Assembly: GCA_051313645.2 (NCBI GenBank)
Contig: JBNRSN020000002.1
Location: 205,964,001-206,028,000 of the forward strand
Direction: 5' to 3'
Source: Centroscyllium fabricii
Taxonomy: Eukaryota
DNA: 64,000 bases
In this document: piece by piece, positions 23,601 to 36,209 of the stretch
Layout: every line of letters begins with the position of its first letter
How positions within the stretch are numbered: the stretch's first letter is position 1
Position numbers and translations under genes: made by a program
The notes under the pieces: generated by a model
Database searches by the model: none
What the model was told of the DNA's origin: nothing
The model's input: only the letters and a program-made list of their open reading frames with translations

Positions 23601-26600
23601 TCAGCAATGTTCTATAAGTCTTTCCGGTGGTTGTGCCTGTCGTGATGACCGCCGGGGATCAGGTAGCGGTGCTGGTGCCGGTTGTGGTGACGGGGTCGGG
23701 TCCTCCGGCAACAGTGCCTGCAGCGTGGCGTCCGGCCCTGGGTTGTCTGCCGATAGCGTCGAGGGCCCCGGTGTGTGTGTGTATGTAGGCCAGTATTCCG
23801 TGGAAGTTGGTTGGTATGTAAGCCAGTGTTCGGTGGGTGATGGTTGGTCGGGCTGAGACTCGACCGGGGGTTCCGCTCTAGTGCTCCCGGCGGGCACCAG
23901 GTCTCTGATCAAAACTGTGTCCTCGCGCTCGTCCGGGAAATGCACGTAGGCATACTGTGGGTTGGCGTGCAGCAGCTGCACCTTTTCCACCAGGGGGTCG
24001 GTCTTATGGCCGCGGACATGTTTCCTAAGTAAGACCGGCCCCGGCGTCGTGAGCCACGGTGGGAGTGCTGTCCCCGAAGTTGACTTCCTGGGGAAGGAAA
24101 ATAACAGGTCGTGAGGTGTAGCATTTGTAGCCGTACACAACAGAGACCGGATGGAGTGGAGCGCGTCTGGGAAGACTGCCTGCCAACGGGAAACTGAAGG
24201 CGTCTGGACTTCAGGGCCAGTTTGACCGCCTTCCAGATGATCCCGTTCTCCCTTTCTACCTGGCCGTTCCCCCGGGGCTTGTAACTGGTCGTTCTGCTTG
24301 AGGCAACCCGTTTCTGAAGCAGAAACTGACGCAGTTCGTCGCTCATGAACGACGACCCCCGGTCGCTATGGATGTAGCTGGGGAGACCAAAAATGGCGAA
24401 CAGCGTGTTGAAGTGTCTTATCAGTGTTGCGCTTATCATATCTGGGCAGGGCAAGGCGAAGGGGAAGCGGGAGAACTTGTCCACGACCGTGAGGAACAAC
24501 GAGTTGCGGTCAGTTGGGGGAAGGGGCCTTTGAAGTCCACGCTCAGATGTTCAAAGGGGTGGGTGGCCTTGATGACATGCGCCGTGTCTGGCCTGTAAAA
24601 GTGGGGTTTGCACTCGGCACAGACAGGGCACTCTCTGGTCATAGCCTTGATCTCCATGATGGAGTAGGGTAGGCTACGGGAGTTAACGAAATGGGTGAGT
24701 CTGGTGACACCCGGGTGGCAGAGGCGATCATGGAGGGCCCTCAGCCGGTCCAGCTGGGCGCTGGCGAACGTTCCCCTGGACAGAGCATCTGGGGGTTCAT
24801 TGAGCTTGCCTGGGCGGTAAAGAATGTCATACTCGTAAGTCGAGAGTTTGATCCGCCACCGCAGGATCTTATCATTCTTGATTTTACCCTTTTGTTTGTT
24901 GTTAAACATAAACGTGACCGACCGTTGGTCGGTGAGCAGGGTAAAACGCTTACCGGCCAGGTAATGACGCCAGTAGCGCACGGCCTCCACGATGGCCTGG
25001 GCCTCCTTTTCCACTGCTGAGTGGCGGGTTTCGGGTCCCTGTAGGGTCTGGGAGAAAAATGCTGTGGGCCTGCCTGCCTGATTAAGGGTGGGGGCAAGGG
25101 CAAAGTCCGAAGCGTCACTCTGCACCTGGAAAGGGATGGACTCATCAACGGCGTGCATCGTCTCCTTGATGATGTCTTCCTTAATCAGGGCGAATGCCAT
25201 TTGGGCTTCTACCGAGAGGGGGAAGACGTCAGCCTTGAGGAGCGGTCTGGCCTTATCCGCGAACTGGGGAACCCATTGTGCGTAATAGGAGAAAAATCTC
25301 AGACATCTCCTCAGGGCTTTGGGGTTGTGAGGTATAGGCAGTTCCTGTAAGGGGCGCATACGCTGTGGGTCGGGGCCGAGGACCCCGTTTTCCACCACGT
25401 ATCCGAGGATGGCGAGCCGATCTGTACTAAAGACACACTTGTCTTTGTTGTATGTGAGATCGATCCGTTTCTCCGTGTGGAGAAATCTGGCAAGGTTGGC
25501 ATCGTGATCCTGCTGGTCATGCCAACCTTGCCAAATTTCTCCACACGGATGGTCATGTTGTCCAGGTAGGGGAAGGTGGCCTGCAACCCGTTCTGGTCAA
25601 CCATATGGTCCATCTCCCTTTGGAATACCGACACCCCGTTGGTCATGCCGAAGGGGACCCGGAGGAAGTGGTAGAGCCGACCGTTCGCCTCGAAGGCGGT
25701 GTACTGGCGGTCGGATTTCCGGATTGGGAGTTGGTGATACGCCAACTTAAGGTCGATTGTTGAAAAAACCTTATACTGGGCGATCTGGTTTACCATATCC
25801 GAGATGCGGGGAAGGGGGTAGGCGTCGAGCACGGTGTAGCGGTTAATAGTCTGGCTGTAATCGATCACCATCCGCAGTTTCTCGCCGGTCTTAATCACTA
25901 CGACCTGGGCCCGCCAGGGGCTGGTGCTGGCCTCAATTATCCCCTCTTGCAGCATACGCCTGACTTCCGACCTGATAAATGCCCGGTCCCCTGCACTGTA
26001 ACGCCGACTCTTGGTAGCAATAGGTTTGCAGTTGGGGTTGAGGTTGGCGAACAGCGAGGAAGGGTCGACTTTCAGGGTGGATAGGCCGCAAGTCGGGCTC
26101 CGCTTTAGGAAGAGATTGTCCCGGCTACTGACGGTGAGGGGGGCCAGGATCCCGCCGAACTCCATTGTCACGCTCTTCAGGTGGCACTGGAAATCCAGTC
26201 CCAGTAAGATTGGGGCGCACAACCGCTTGAAGATGTACAGTTTAAAGTTACGGTACACGCAGTCCCTGACTGTGAGCGTGACAGAGCAGTAGCCGGTGAC
26301 GTCCGCCGGGTGGGACTTTGAGGCAAGGGAGATTTGGAAGCGCGTGGGCAGGGTCCGCAGTGCGTAGCGCCGCACTGTGTCGGGGTGGATGAAGCTCTCT
26401 TAGCTTCCGGTGTCGAACAGGCAGTTAGTGATGTGACCGTCCACTTTAATCCCCATTATGGAATTTGATAGGGTGTGCGGCCTAGCCTGGTCAACAATGG
26501 CTGAGGCCGAAGTGTGTGTGTCTGTGTAGGGGCCCTTCGCTAGCTGGGGCCGTGCACAAGATGGCGGCGCCCATGGTTCGCTCACAGCCGACCGCGGTGG

Positions 26601-27903
26601 ACAAGATGGTGGTGCCGCTGGGTCGCACATGGCTGGCCGCTGGAAACAAGATGGCGGCGCCGTGGAGTCGCACATGGCTGGCGCTGAGGACAAGATGGCA
26701 GCGCCGGGGGTCGCACATGGCTGGCCACTGAGGACAAGATGGCGGTGCCCGTGATTCGCATGCGGCGGACCGCGGTGGACGAGATGGCGGCACCCGTGAT
26801 TCGCACGCGGCGGACCGCGGTGGACGAGGTGGCGGCGCCCGTGGTTCACACGCAGCGGACCGCGCTGGGCGAGGTGATGGCGTTGGGGGGTCGCACATGG
26901 CCGGCCGCGGCCGCCATTGGCGTGGCAATGCCCGTGCCGTGCGCGCGGCCGGCCTCTGCCATACAGGGATGGGAGACAGAAGTGCCTGTGGTTTACCCCC
27001 AGACCGCTGCTGGGTCGCGCTGCAACAGCAGTTTACCTTGGGCCATGGGATGGCGTTGGAGCTCTCACAGGCCGCGCTGTTGGATCTGGAGCTGGGCGCT
27101 GGGGCCGATTTGCAGGCCCTGGCGTAGTGTCCCTTCTTACTAGATCGCTCACCAGTCGCGCTCTTCGCGGGGCACTTCGCTCGCGGGTGCTGTCCCTGGC
27201 CGCAGAAGTAGCATCTTCGCTCCGACATCGTCTTCGCAGCTGCCGCTGCCATTGTGGGGTTCTCGACCTGTCATGGGGCCGCCCAGGGATCGAGGGTATC
27301 GTGTGGGCCTTGGCCGCCATACGCCTCTAGCTTGCGGTGCGCTCCGTCCACTGCGTTGGAGATGGAGATCGCATCCTCCAGCGACAGAGTATCCTTTTCC
27401 AGTAACCGCTCGCGGGCCTGGTTGGACCTGATTCCAGCCACGTATGCGTCCCGTACAATCTCCTCCTGTGCCGTTCATGGCTGGCAGTCACAGGCCCGAG
27501 CGAGGGCTTGAAGCGCCAACAGAAATTGTTCCTTTGACTCACCGAGCCGCTGTTGTCTGGTCGCCTGGACGTGTCTGGCATAGACCGAGTGGACCGGGCG
27601 CAAGTAGCAATCCTTCAATTTCTTCACCGCCTCCGTATACGTCGTGAGGCCGCGAATGAAGGAGAATACCCGGCTGCTGATTCTGGACGAGAGGACCTTC
27701 AGTTTGTCCCCATCGCCCGTTGCCTTTGCGGCCCTTATGTAGGCCTCGACTACGCCGAACCACTGTTCAACGGAGTTAGCAACGTCTGGTTCCTGTGGAT
27801 TTACATCCAGTCTGTCCGGTTTCACTGCATGGCTTTCCATAGTCGCCTCTGGTTCTTGTTGGTTTGACGCTGGTTCTTGTTGGTTTGACGCTTGACCGTC
27901 CAT
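23601..27903 (-). pseudogene. gag-pol of A4 with frameshifts and stops
   Basis: ORF pieces 27475-27903 and 26491-27252 (gag, knuckles), 26400-26849 (LFDTGS), 25311-26375 (RT), 24436-25398 (RH), 23909-24499 and 23601-24140 (IN). Confidence 0.92.
26550..26905 (-). repeat. ~44-45-bp GC-rich tandem repeat between gag and protease, with CAAGATGGCGGC-type motifs
   Basis: About 7-8 imperfect units are visible. The homologous array is at ~53030-53385. Confidence 0.85.
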
Positions 27904-28685
27904 GTAAAAGTTAAGCTAATAAAATTGATGTATCGTCAATAATACTAAAGACGAGTAGTTACCTTAACTATTGGCTTTTATTAGCTTAAAGATGGAGCGA
28001 GTCTCCAGTCGAACATCAGGCACAGAATGCCTGGGGGCAGGGCAGACCTCACCTATAAGGCTCCCACCTGAGGGGAGGAGTTAGAGGTTTGGCTGACCTG
28101 GCCTTACAACAGTGAATACATCAGGCAACTATATACATCTATATACAGTGGTAATATGATTACCACAGTATGTTTTCTCTTTTTAGAACTGTTAATGTTG
28201 TGATTGACTGATTCACCAACTTTAAATTGTATGTCAGTTCTTTAATAAATCTCTATATATTTTTAGAATTGTCTCATATAAGTCTTCTGTATCAAAAACT
28301 CACAAACTCAATCTCTGCACACTCTTTAGTGTAGAGTTGCAGAATTCTGGTGGAGTATTCCAGACTCTAATAATATCCGGGACATTACAGTCTCGCTAAA
28401 CTTATTAAAAGCACTCTTTGGAGGACGGTAACATTCTCGGGTTGTTCCTTTCCTTTAGGGAGAGATAGTCTAGACCTTTAGATCCAATAAAGTGTCTTTT
28501 GAATTCGGCACCTGAAACTTTAGTTGAAAGTGAACGTCTTTGATATACGCCTGATCCGGGGTAGCCCACAAGGGGCTAGGACTAATAAATATCGCTTCAC
28601 ATAGAGCTATTTCTCCAATCAGACACACCCAATGTAAAAATGTTGCATTATTTAAAAATTTTGAGAACTCCAGAGTTGCCCTGTT

Positions 28686-29125
28686 TCAGCCGTAGCTCAG
28701 TTGGTAGCACTCTTGCCTCTGAGTAAAAAAGTTGTGGGTTTACGTTCCACTCCAGAGACTTGAGCACAAAAATCTAGGCTGACACTCCAGTGCAGTACTT
28801 TAGGAATGCTTCACTGTCGGAGGATGAGACGTTAATCTGAGGCCCCATCTGCTCTCTCAGGTGAATGTAAAAGCTCCTAATACAGTATTTTGAAGAAAAA
28901 TAGCAGAGTTCTCACCGGTGTCCTGGCCAATATTTATCCCTCAATCAACACCACTAAAACAGATTATCTGGTCATTATCATATTGCTGTTTGTGGGACCT
29001 TGCTGTACACAAATTGGCTGCCACGTTTCTTACATTACAACAGTGACTACACTTCAAAAGTACAGCGCTTTGGGATGTTCTGAGGTTGTGAAAGGCGCAA
29101 TATAAATACAAGCCTTTCTTTTCTT
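28686..29125 (+). mobile_element. tRNA-derived DeuSINE (SacSINE1-like) with an L2-type tail
   Basis: A box TAGCTCAGTTGG, degenerate B box, central CCTGGCCAATATTTATCCCTCAA block, tail AAAGGCGCAATATAAATACAAG. Confidence 0.75.
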
Positions 29126-29574
29126 TTGGATTTTTTTTAGTTTATAAACACATTTTATTGATGTGTACTCCTGACACTGAAAATAAATTCTGCGAAGTCC
29201 ACACTTGAGATTTTTCTTGCTTGTTAGTTGTGCAAATTAAATTTATTTAAAGACAGTTCTGAGCATATATTTTAGCATAATTCCATATCTACACAATAAG
29301 CCAACAGTGTTCTTAAAATTAGGACCAGGATATAACAGTAAGGTTTTCCATGGAAAATGATTAAAATGAAAACAAATGGAATTAATCTAAACTGAAATCA
29401 ATGTATTTAATGGTGTCCAACTTTTAATGCTAATTCAATTCAAGAGGCAGCAAATATCAACTCTAACCATTCTCTAAATATTTATTTTCTGGAGAAGATA
29501 TTTAAATTGAAAATAATTATAAAGAGTCTACATTTTATACATATGTTTAAAATGTATAATCTACAACATGAGAG

Positions 29575-30275
29575 ATTCTAGCTGCCTCTCCATGACATTC
29601 AATGGAATTACCATTTCTGAATCCCTCACCATCAACATCCTGGGGGTTGGCATTGACCAGAAACACAACTGAACCAGCAACATAAATGCCATGACTCCTC
29701 GAGCATTTCAGAGGCTGTGTATTCTGCAGTGAGTCAGTGGCTCACCTCCCGAGTCCCCAAATCCTTTCCACCATCTACACGGCATGAGTCAGGTGTGTGA
29801 TGGAATGAATACTCTCCATTTGCTTGGATGGATGCACTTAGAACAACGCTCAAGAAGCTCAGCACCATCGAGGACAAAGCAGTTCACTTGACCAACACTT
29901 CATCCACTATCCTAAACATCCACTCCCTCCACTGCTGGTGTACCAAGCCTGCAGTGTGAATTATCTGCAGAACATACTGCAGCAACTCGCTAAGCCCTCT
30001 TTGGCAGCATTTCCTAAACAGCAACCTTTACCTAGATGGACAAGGGCAGCAGGTGCATGGGAACACCATGACCTCCAAGTTGCCCTCAAAATAATATACC
30101 ATCCTGACTTGGTCATATATCGCCGTTCCTCATTTATCACTGGGTCGAAATCATGGAACACCCTACCTAACAGTGTTGTGGGAGCCTCTTAACCACACAG
30201 ACTGCAGTCATTCAAGAAGAAGAGTTATCACCAACTTCTCAAGGGCAACTAAAGGCCCACATCCCGAGAATGGAA
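29575..30275 (+). mobile_element. CR1-group LINE 3' fragment
   Basis: Encodes SFITGSKSWNTLPNSVVG; same family as 8530-8796. Confidence 0.7.
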
Positions 30276-30348
30276 AACAAATCCTGCAGCCTTTCTACCC
30301 CATGCTATCAACTCTGAGAAATACACTGTATAAAACAGTCTACACCAA

Positions 30349-30575
30349 GGAGTAGATTTTCATCTTTATCACCTGGGCAGAGCACTGCGAGAAAAATCTA
30401 GTGGCAATATCGCAACCCATAATAGAACGTACTTGACTGTTCTTCCATTTCAATTAACAGAAGGAAAATAGGCAGGTTTTGTGGCTGGCATTCAATCGTC
30501 TTGACCCATTTTATGGCTCTGCAATCCGCCCACATAATGCTTAACACCCAAGAAATAAAGTCAAAAATCTACCCC
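30349..30575. mobile_element. Short PIF/Harbinger-like MITE
   Basis: TIR GGAGTAGATTTT / AAAATCTACCCC, 3-bp TSD CAA. Confidence 0.6.
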
Positions 30576-30871
30576 CAAGAATGCAATAATACTTATCTAT
30601 TAACCATTAATCTATTTAAATAATATAGACAACAATGTATCAGTCACCCCAGTAATAAAATGGATAAATACATTTCTATCCAATGCTGATGTTGTATTTT
30701 AATATTATGTTAACATGAGCTGATCTCTATTTTCATAAACATTTTTGTAATATGTGATATTTTTCAAAATGGGAAGAACTTAGAGGTGATGGTGGTCCCA
30801 AGGGTAGCAGATGCATGGGAACATCATCACCTCCAAGTTCCCCTTAAAGTCACACGACATTCTGACTTTGT

Positions 30872-31137
30872 AGAACATAAGAACATAAGAAATAGGAGCA
30901 GGAGTAGGCCAATCGGCCCCTCGAGCCTGCACCGCCATTCAACAAGATCATGGCTGATCTGAATCAAACCTCAAATCTACTTTCACTCTCCATCCCGCCC
31001 GAACCCATGCAATCTCCCGGGAGAGGCAAAAAAACAGACAAAAACCCATTGGCCAATTTGGGAGAAAAAATCTGGGAAATTCCTCTCCGACCTATCTAGG
31101 CGATCAAAACTTGTCCAGGAGATCACATAGCCAATCT
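30872..31137 (-). mobile_element. CR1 LINE 3' UTR and tail (long structured-UTR type)
   Basis: Reverse-complement homolog of 62235-62505, with a (TTCTTATG)n tail. Confidence 0.85.
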
Positions 31138-31632
31138 AAACCTATATGTTTAGGATTCAAATATGTGTTGGTAATTATAGATACGTTTTCAAGATGGGTT
31201 GAAGCTTTTCCATGTAAAAAGAATGATGCTGTAACGGTTGCAAAGTGTTTGCTAAAAGAAATCATACCAAGGTTTGGCATACCTATGCAGCTTTCATGCG
31301 ACAATGGATCGCACTTTACTGGAATGATCATAAAAGAACTATGTAAAGCCTTGCAGATTAATCAGCATTTTCACTGGAGTTATCATCCGCAATCCGCAGG
31401 ACTGGTAGTCCTGAATAATAAACTTTCTAAACTTTGCAATGAAACCGGACTTAAATGGGTCAAACTATTACCCTTAGCATTGATGATAATGCGAGCAGCA
31501 ACTAACAGGACAACTGGACTGTAGCCACACAAGATTGTTATGGGGAGACCCCAAAAACTGCCATTCTCAGCACCGTTTATGGTTAAACAAATGGACATTC
31601 ATAAAATGGATCAAAGTATGCTAAACTATTGA
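31138..31632 (+). pseudogene. pol: Retroviral integrase core fragment
   Basis: YVLVIIDTFSRWVEAFP, IIPRFGIP, DNGSHFTG, YHPQSAGLV, WVKLLPLAL. Confidence 0.88.
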
Positions 31633-33919
31633 AAAGTCTGTCTTTAAAAGAGAAGATTCTGTTATGTTTGTTTTAGCTCCTCCCACTTCTCTGAGTTAAA
31701 GCATTTAGCTCTTTTGTCTTGTCTTGGATTTTGGAAGTTTTAAGAATGTGCAAATAAGATCATGCCCTGAAGAAAAAAAAAAACTTTGAATGAATTTAAG
31801 TTATGCTGCTGTTTAAAAATTGAGAAGAACAACAAAAGTTTGTTTAACAAAAGATTAAGTTTCAGTCTAAGATTTAACCTTGGAAGACATGGTTCCTATG
31901 GAGAAATCTTCCAAAGCAGTTCGATTTGATTTGCGTAAATGTGAAAACTAATTTGTCCCAGTCATATTCTATGTTTTTACAGTATTTTGGAAAGACATCT
32001 GAAGAAAGGACAGTAAGAAATATGATGGAATTTACTGTTTACTGCAAGAATGTGCTATTTTGTTTTGTTTTATCTGTTCTGTTTGTGTTTAGTTAAAGTG
32101 TGAAAACACAACTGTCTTTTTCGATCGAGAATGTTTTCTTAATTTACGTGAAGTTACGTGCTTACGTGTGTCATGATTGTTTAGCTTCACCTTCTTAAAA
32201 AAATCTGCAGAGAAGTTAACCCTTTCCAGACAACTGTCTAAGTTCAACGAGCAACAACTTTAGTATGAAATTTAAAGATATTGGACATTATTAAATTTAA
32301 GTTTCGTAATTTTAAGTTAATATTTCCCCACAGTGACAGAAGGAAAATTATTATTTGATAATTGGACTCAGGCACTATATATTGGGTTACTTTTGGGAAA
32401 ATAAAAGATCCTCTAAAATAATGATAAATAAAAAGTGTTAATAACTTGGACCAAGTGAGAATGTTTGATATGCTTTCAATTTTAAATATTGTACTGGACA
32501 GTAAAGTTACTCCAGGGCTCATGAATGAGATATGAATGATAATTAATGGGATATGTAAAATGGAGAGAGGAAGAGACTGGTGGTGCGAGATAGAAACAGG
32601 AGAATTACACCACCAATTGAGAATTTTCCACACATTCTAGTGAAAGTCAGGAAAATGTAGTTAAGAATAGAAAATTGATAGCTTTCTCTTGGAGACATTT
32701 GTGTCCCTGTCTTTAATGAACTTTTAAGAAAACTGAGTTTGATAGTCTGGCCACGACCCAAGACATCGGGACCATGCAGAGGAAGAGAAGCAAAGATCTC
32801 CAGACGACTACAATCATTTGATAAGACACCTGAAAGCCCGAGAAAGGCTTGTATCGGAGAACTCATGTGGCATGATATTGAGATACCAATATGGGTGTGC
32901 AAAGGTGATTTGTTACGTATGAGGCAATTATCATCCGGAAATGACTGGTGAATTTGTTACTGTGGCTCAGGAGAGTGAGACAACCTTTAAAGCATTGACA
33001 CATACTCCATCGAGAAACTATCTAGTTAATGAAACAATCAGAATAGAGTTAAACACATTGGTACCTGTTAGAGGGATTGAAATTGAAGTTGAAGTGGAGA
33101 GTTACATGGAATCTGGATTGGGACAATTGAGGACTAAGGAGAAATCATATTAGCAAGAATTATCCACAAGATGGATACGAATAAAAGAGAGATCTGGAGA
33201 ATCTTTTAAGTCCATGATTTGTTGATTAGATGTGAAACTGTAATGTCGCTTCAAATTATTGTAAGACTGAATTTAACTGTGACTGTAATAATTGTGTTTT
33301 GTAGGTAACAGAGTGTGGGAAAAACCAATATGAATCCAATAGGAGGTGATTTTTGGAGGTGCCTCCTGTGTCACTACTACAGCAATTACCATGCTTTACA
33401 GGTCTAACCGGACCTGTCCCATCAACCAACATGTTTTTAAGTATGAGCTACACAATTATGTGGCACAATTTGAATACCTGGATACAACATCCCCCTGTTG
33501 TTTGAGGTTTTCAGTGAGCTTATGATGCAACTGAACTCCTCCCTAAAGCATTTTTATGTTTTGGAGCAAAACAACTCGAGATTAGATATTGAAATTGATA
33601 GCATAGGGGACAACTCACACTGGTGGGATATTGGGCTTAATACAACAGCACACTAATGTGTTTGTATTGTTTCACATGCTCTGGTAGTTATCCAACTTGT
33701 AATGATAGTGTATTTGATATATGTAAACTATGTAGTAAGACTTTGATACATAAGCCAATTGGGTACTCATGCCCATGACTAACCAGTGCCAACAAGTTCA
33801 TTGAGCACACCAAAAGAGAAGATCTGAAGCAACTTATAGGAGACCCCAGGTGAGGTAACATCAGGAAAGATAAAAGAACCAGAGGATACCCCAGGCGGGG
33901 CAGAATTGGAACACCAGAA

Positions 33920-34262
33920 CAGTGAATTGAATTTGAGTCAGGGGGCAGAATGTTATACCTATATCCCAGACAGGTCAGAAAATACAACTAACATTGTTAA
34001 ACATATAAGAGATGCAGTGAGTCAGTATGATAATCCAAAGAGCCAAGGATGGTTTGACTGGATACTGGAAGGGTGGCTGGGATCAATAGGACAAACATTA
34101 TTGCATGGACTAGTAGTAGTAGTAGCCGTGATAGTATGTATCATTCTGTTTTTCACAATGATGAAGTGCTGTTGTAATAGGCTGGGTAAGGCAGTTATAC
34201 CCGAAGGAAGTATGATGGTGCAGAGGGAAGTGATGAAGAAGAGGAGAAGAACGGTCCCCTAG
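33920..34262 (+). pseudogene. env: Retroviral Env TM-subunit C-terminal fragment
   Basis: ECYTYIPD (CCTYIPD-like), Trp-rich membrane-proximal region, hydrophobic TM segment, cytoplasmic KCCC. Confidence 0.75.
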
Positions 34263-35984
34263 GGGAAGAACTAAGGCGATTGAATGAGATAAAATTTTGA
34301 AGATTAGATTGTCCTAGTAAGGACAAAAGGGGGAAATGTAGAAGTGTATTTCCTTATTATTATGGAGCACAGTCAGGCAACACAGAATGGAGCCTGGACC
34401 TCCTACAGGACCAGATTACTTGGATACAAAATGGCTTCGCAACACACAGAATAAAAGATACAAAATGTCTTACACTATGACTTGCCTAGAAAGAATTAGC
34501 AGTTGTTTAAAGTTTCAATATGATAAGGGAACTTCAGTTTGCAGACCATGTTGTTCCCCAAGAGATAGCTCAGATGTGCAGAACAAAGAGTCTTCCCTAA
34601 TCAACTTAAGATAGCCAAGTACATAGTAAAGTAAACACCGGCCTTAGAATCAAGATGGCCTGGTATGTGTAAGGAGAAAAACAGACTCCATGAGAAGAGA
34701 TTAGCTAGCCTTATCTTAAGGTATTCCTGTTCTGCTGACCTTTTATTTATCCTCGAACAAATTCCTTTGTATTTTGCAAACTCTGTACTTTTGCAGTTAA
34801 CTATGATTCAATACCATGTCATGTGATATAGAAAGCCTGCTCCTTTTTAGTGTATAAATATTTTACATTTTGCTTATATTCTTTGGAGTGGTCAACGTAG
34901 CCATTGACTACATACCCTCCCCTTGCTGCAAGTAAAATAATAAAAGTCTGCCTTTGACGATACTTTATGTTCAAAGAGCTTTACTCGGGAGCTGAGACTT
35001 CGACATATCCCACGAACAAACAAAAAGGCATAACTCACTATCATTACTTGCAACCATCACAAGGAGCATTTATTTAGTGTTTTAGAAATTACACACACAA
35101 TTTGTCTTCAGCAAGTGTATAGAATATAAAACTGTTTCTGGCTGCACTCTTTAAAGCTTACTTGTATAGCTCTCTTGCAAAAACCCACATACATGTTATT
35201 TACAACTGGTTGTGGTCTCCGAGGTCATTGATACGGTATCACTGGTATCATGCTTAATGCTATGATTAACACCTCTTATGTGCATTAAGAGATCAGAAAG
35301 CTATCATTAAACATCGTAACATCTGTGAAACTAGCTTGTCTTACGATTCTAGAAGTGATTTTGTCACATGCACTTGCTGTACTTCTCTTGTAGTGACAAT
35401 AGACAAAGCATTTAGTTAGTTTCCCTGGGGCTCTGCTGGTCTTCTGAGGAGTTATGACAGGAAAACCCCCCATGAAACTTCAGGGCCCAAGAAACCAAAC
35501 CTTGAGGTAATTGCAGTTTGCAATGCAGAATAATCAAATTGCAATACATCAGCCTGCAGGAAAAATATTTGTAATAATATTGGTGAACATTGCTTGATTT
35601 TGTGCATTTTGACAACGATAATCATATCTCTCAACCTAATCCCTTGCTGTGCTAATCACAGTTGCCTACTTGTGCTGCTATGTTAATTCATGCTGAGTGT
35701 ACTGTTAATAGGTTTGTTCAGTCAGCTGCAGATTTGAAATTCAGAACTAGTGAACTGTGATCTGATTAAAACATTGCTTTGTAAACGACCATGTGACTTT
35801 TTATGACAAGCAAACTTTATTTGTTTCTTAGATCGAAATGCATGCCAATTTAATAAAAGTCAATTTGTTTACAATAACCTCTCAATATAACACAGCAATA
35901 AACACTACAGAGAAAAATGCAATTGTGACCCGGCACCTATTGCTATCCATATATTTTAAGTTCTTAGTGACATTGTGGGAGTCA

Positions 35985-36170
35985 ATTAATAGGCAGTGTC
36001 AGCTTGACACAACTACTAGTACTCTTACCTAAGAGTCAGAAGGTTGGGGTTTAAATTCCACTCCAGAACTTAAGCATGTAAACTACACTGAAACTCTATT
36101 GCATTACTGAGGGAGTGCTGCATTGCCACAGGTTATCCTGCTGATGAAATAGTAAAACCAAGATCCCAGG
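35985..36170 (+). mobile_element. DeuSINE/SacSINE1-like 5' fragment
   Basis: Similar to 28700-28850. Confidence 0.5.
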
Positions 36171-36209
36171 GACAAATAGCTATAATTTTGTTCTGCTGCC
36201 TTAATTATT

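Larger units (their letters stand above)
23283..28167 (-). mobile_element. Gypsy element A4 (Mag-like lineage), full length
   Basis: 242-bp LTRs 23283-23524 and 27926-28167, 5-bp TSD GTATG, PPT 23525-23538, domain order gag-PR-RT(YLDN)-RH-IN. Confidence 0.95.
12916..28601 (+). mobile_element. Probable ~1.15-kb solo LTR split in three (12916-13439, 23085-23282, 28168-28601) by elements A3 and A4
   Basis: Terminal TGTGAAG / CTTCACA, TATAAAT near 13414, AATAAA near 28245 and 28486. The pieces rejoin through the TSDs of the inserted elements. No matching outer TSD. Confidence 0.5.
31138..35005 (+). mobile_element. Endogenous retrovirus remnant (class I/epsilon-like): integrase piece, env remnants, PPT, 3' LTR
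   Basis: Integrase fragment, TM remnant, PPT AAAAGGGGGAAA 34325-34336, LTR TGT..ACA 34337-35005 with TATAAATA and AATAAA. Confidence 0.8.

Noticed and set aside
28686-28765. tRNA gene
   Set aside because: Degenerate tRNA-like head continuous with a SINE body and tail; the same applies to 61265-61336.
30869-30876. TGTAGAA as the start of the ERV 5' LTR
   Set aside because: Explained by the CR1 tail repeat; no TSD match with the flank at 35006.
35010-35980. Possible host exon or conserved non-coding element in non-repeat-looking AT-rich sequence (also 7750-8500 and 29130-29570)
   Set aside because: No convincing ORF, splice pair or motif; it cannot be supported without a cross-species alignment.
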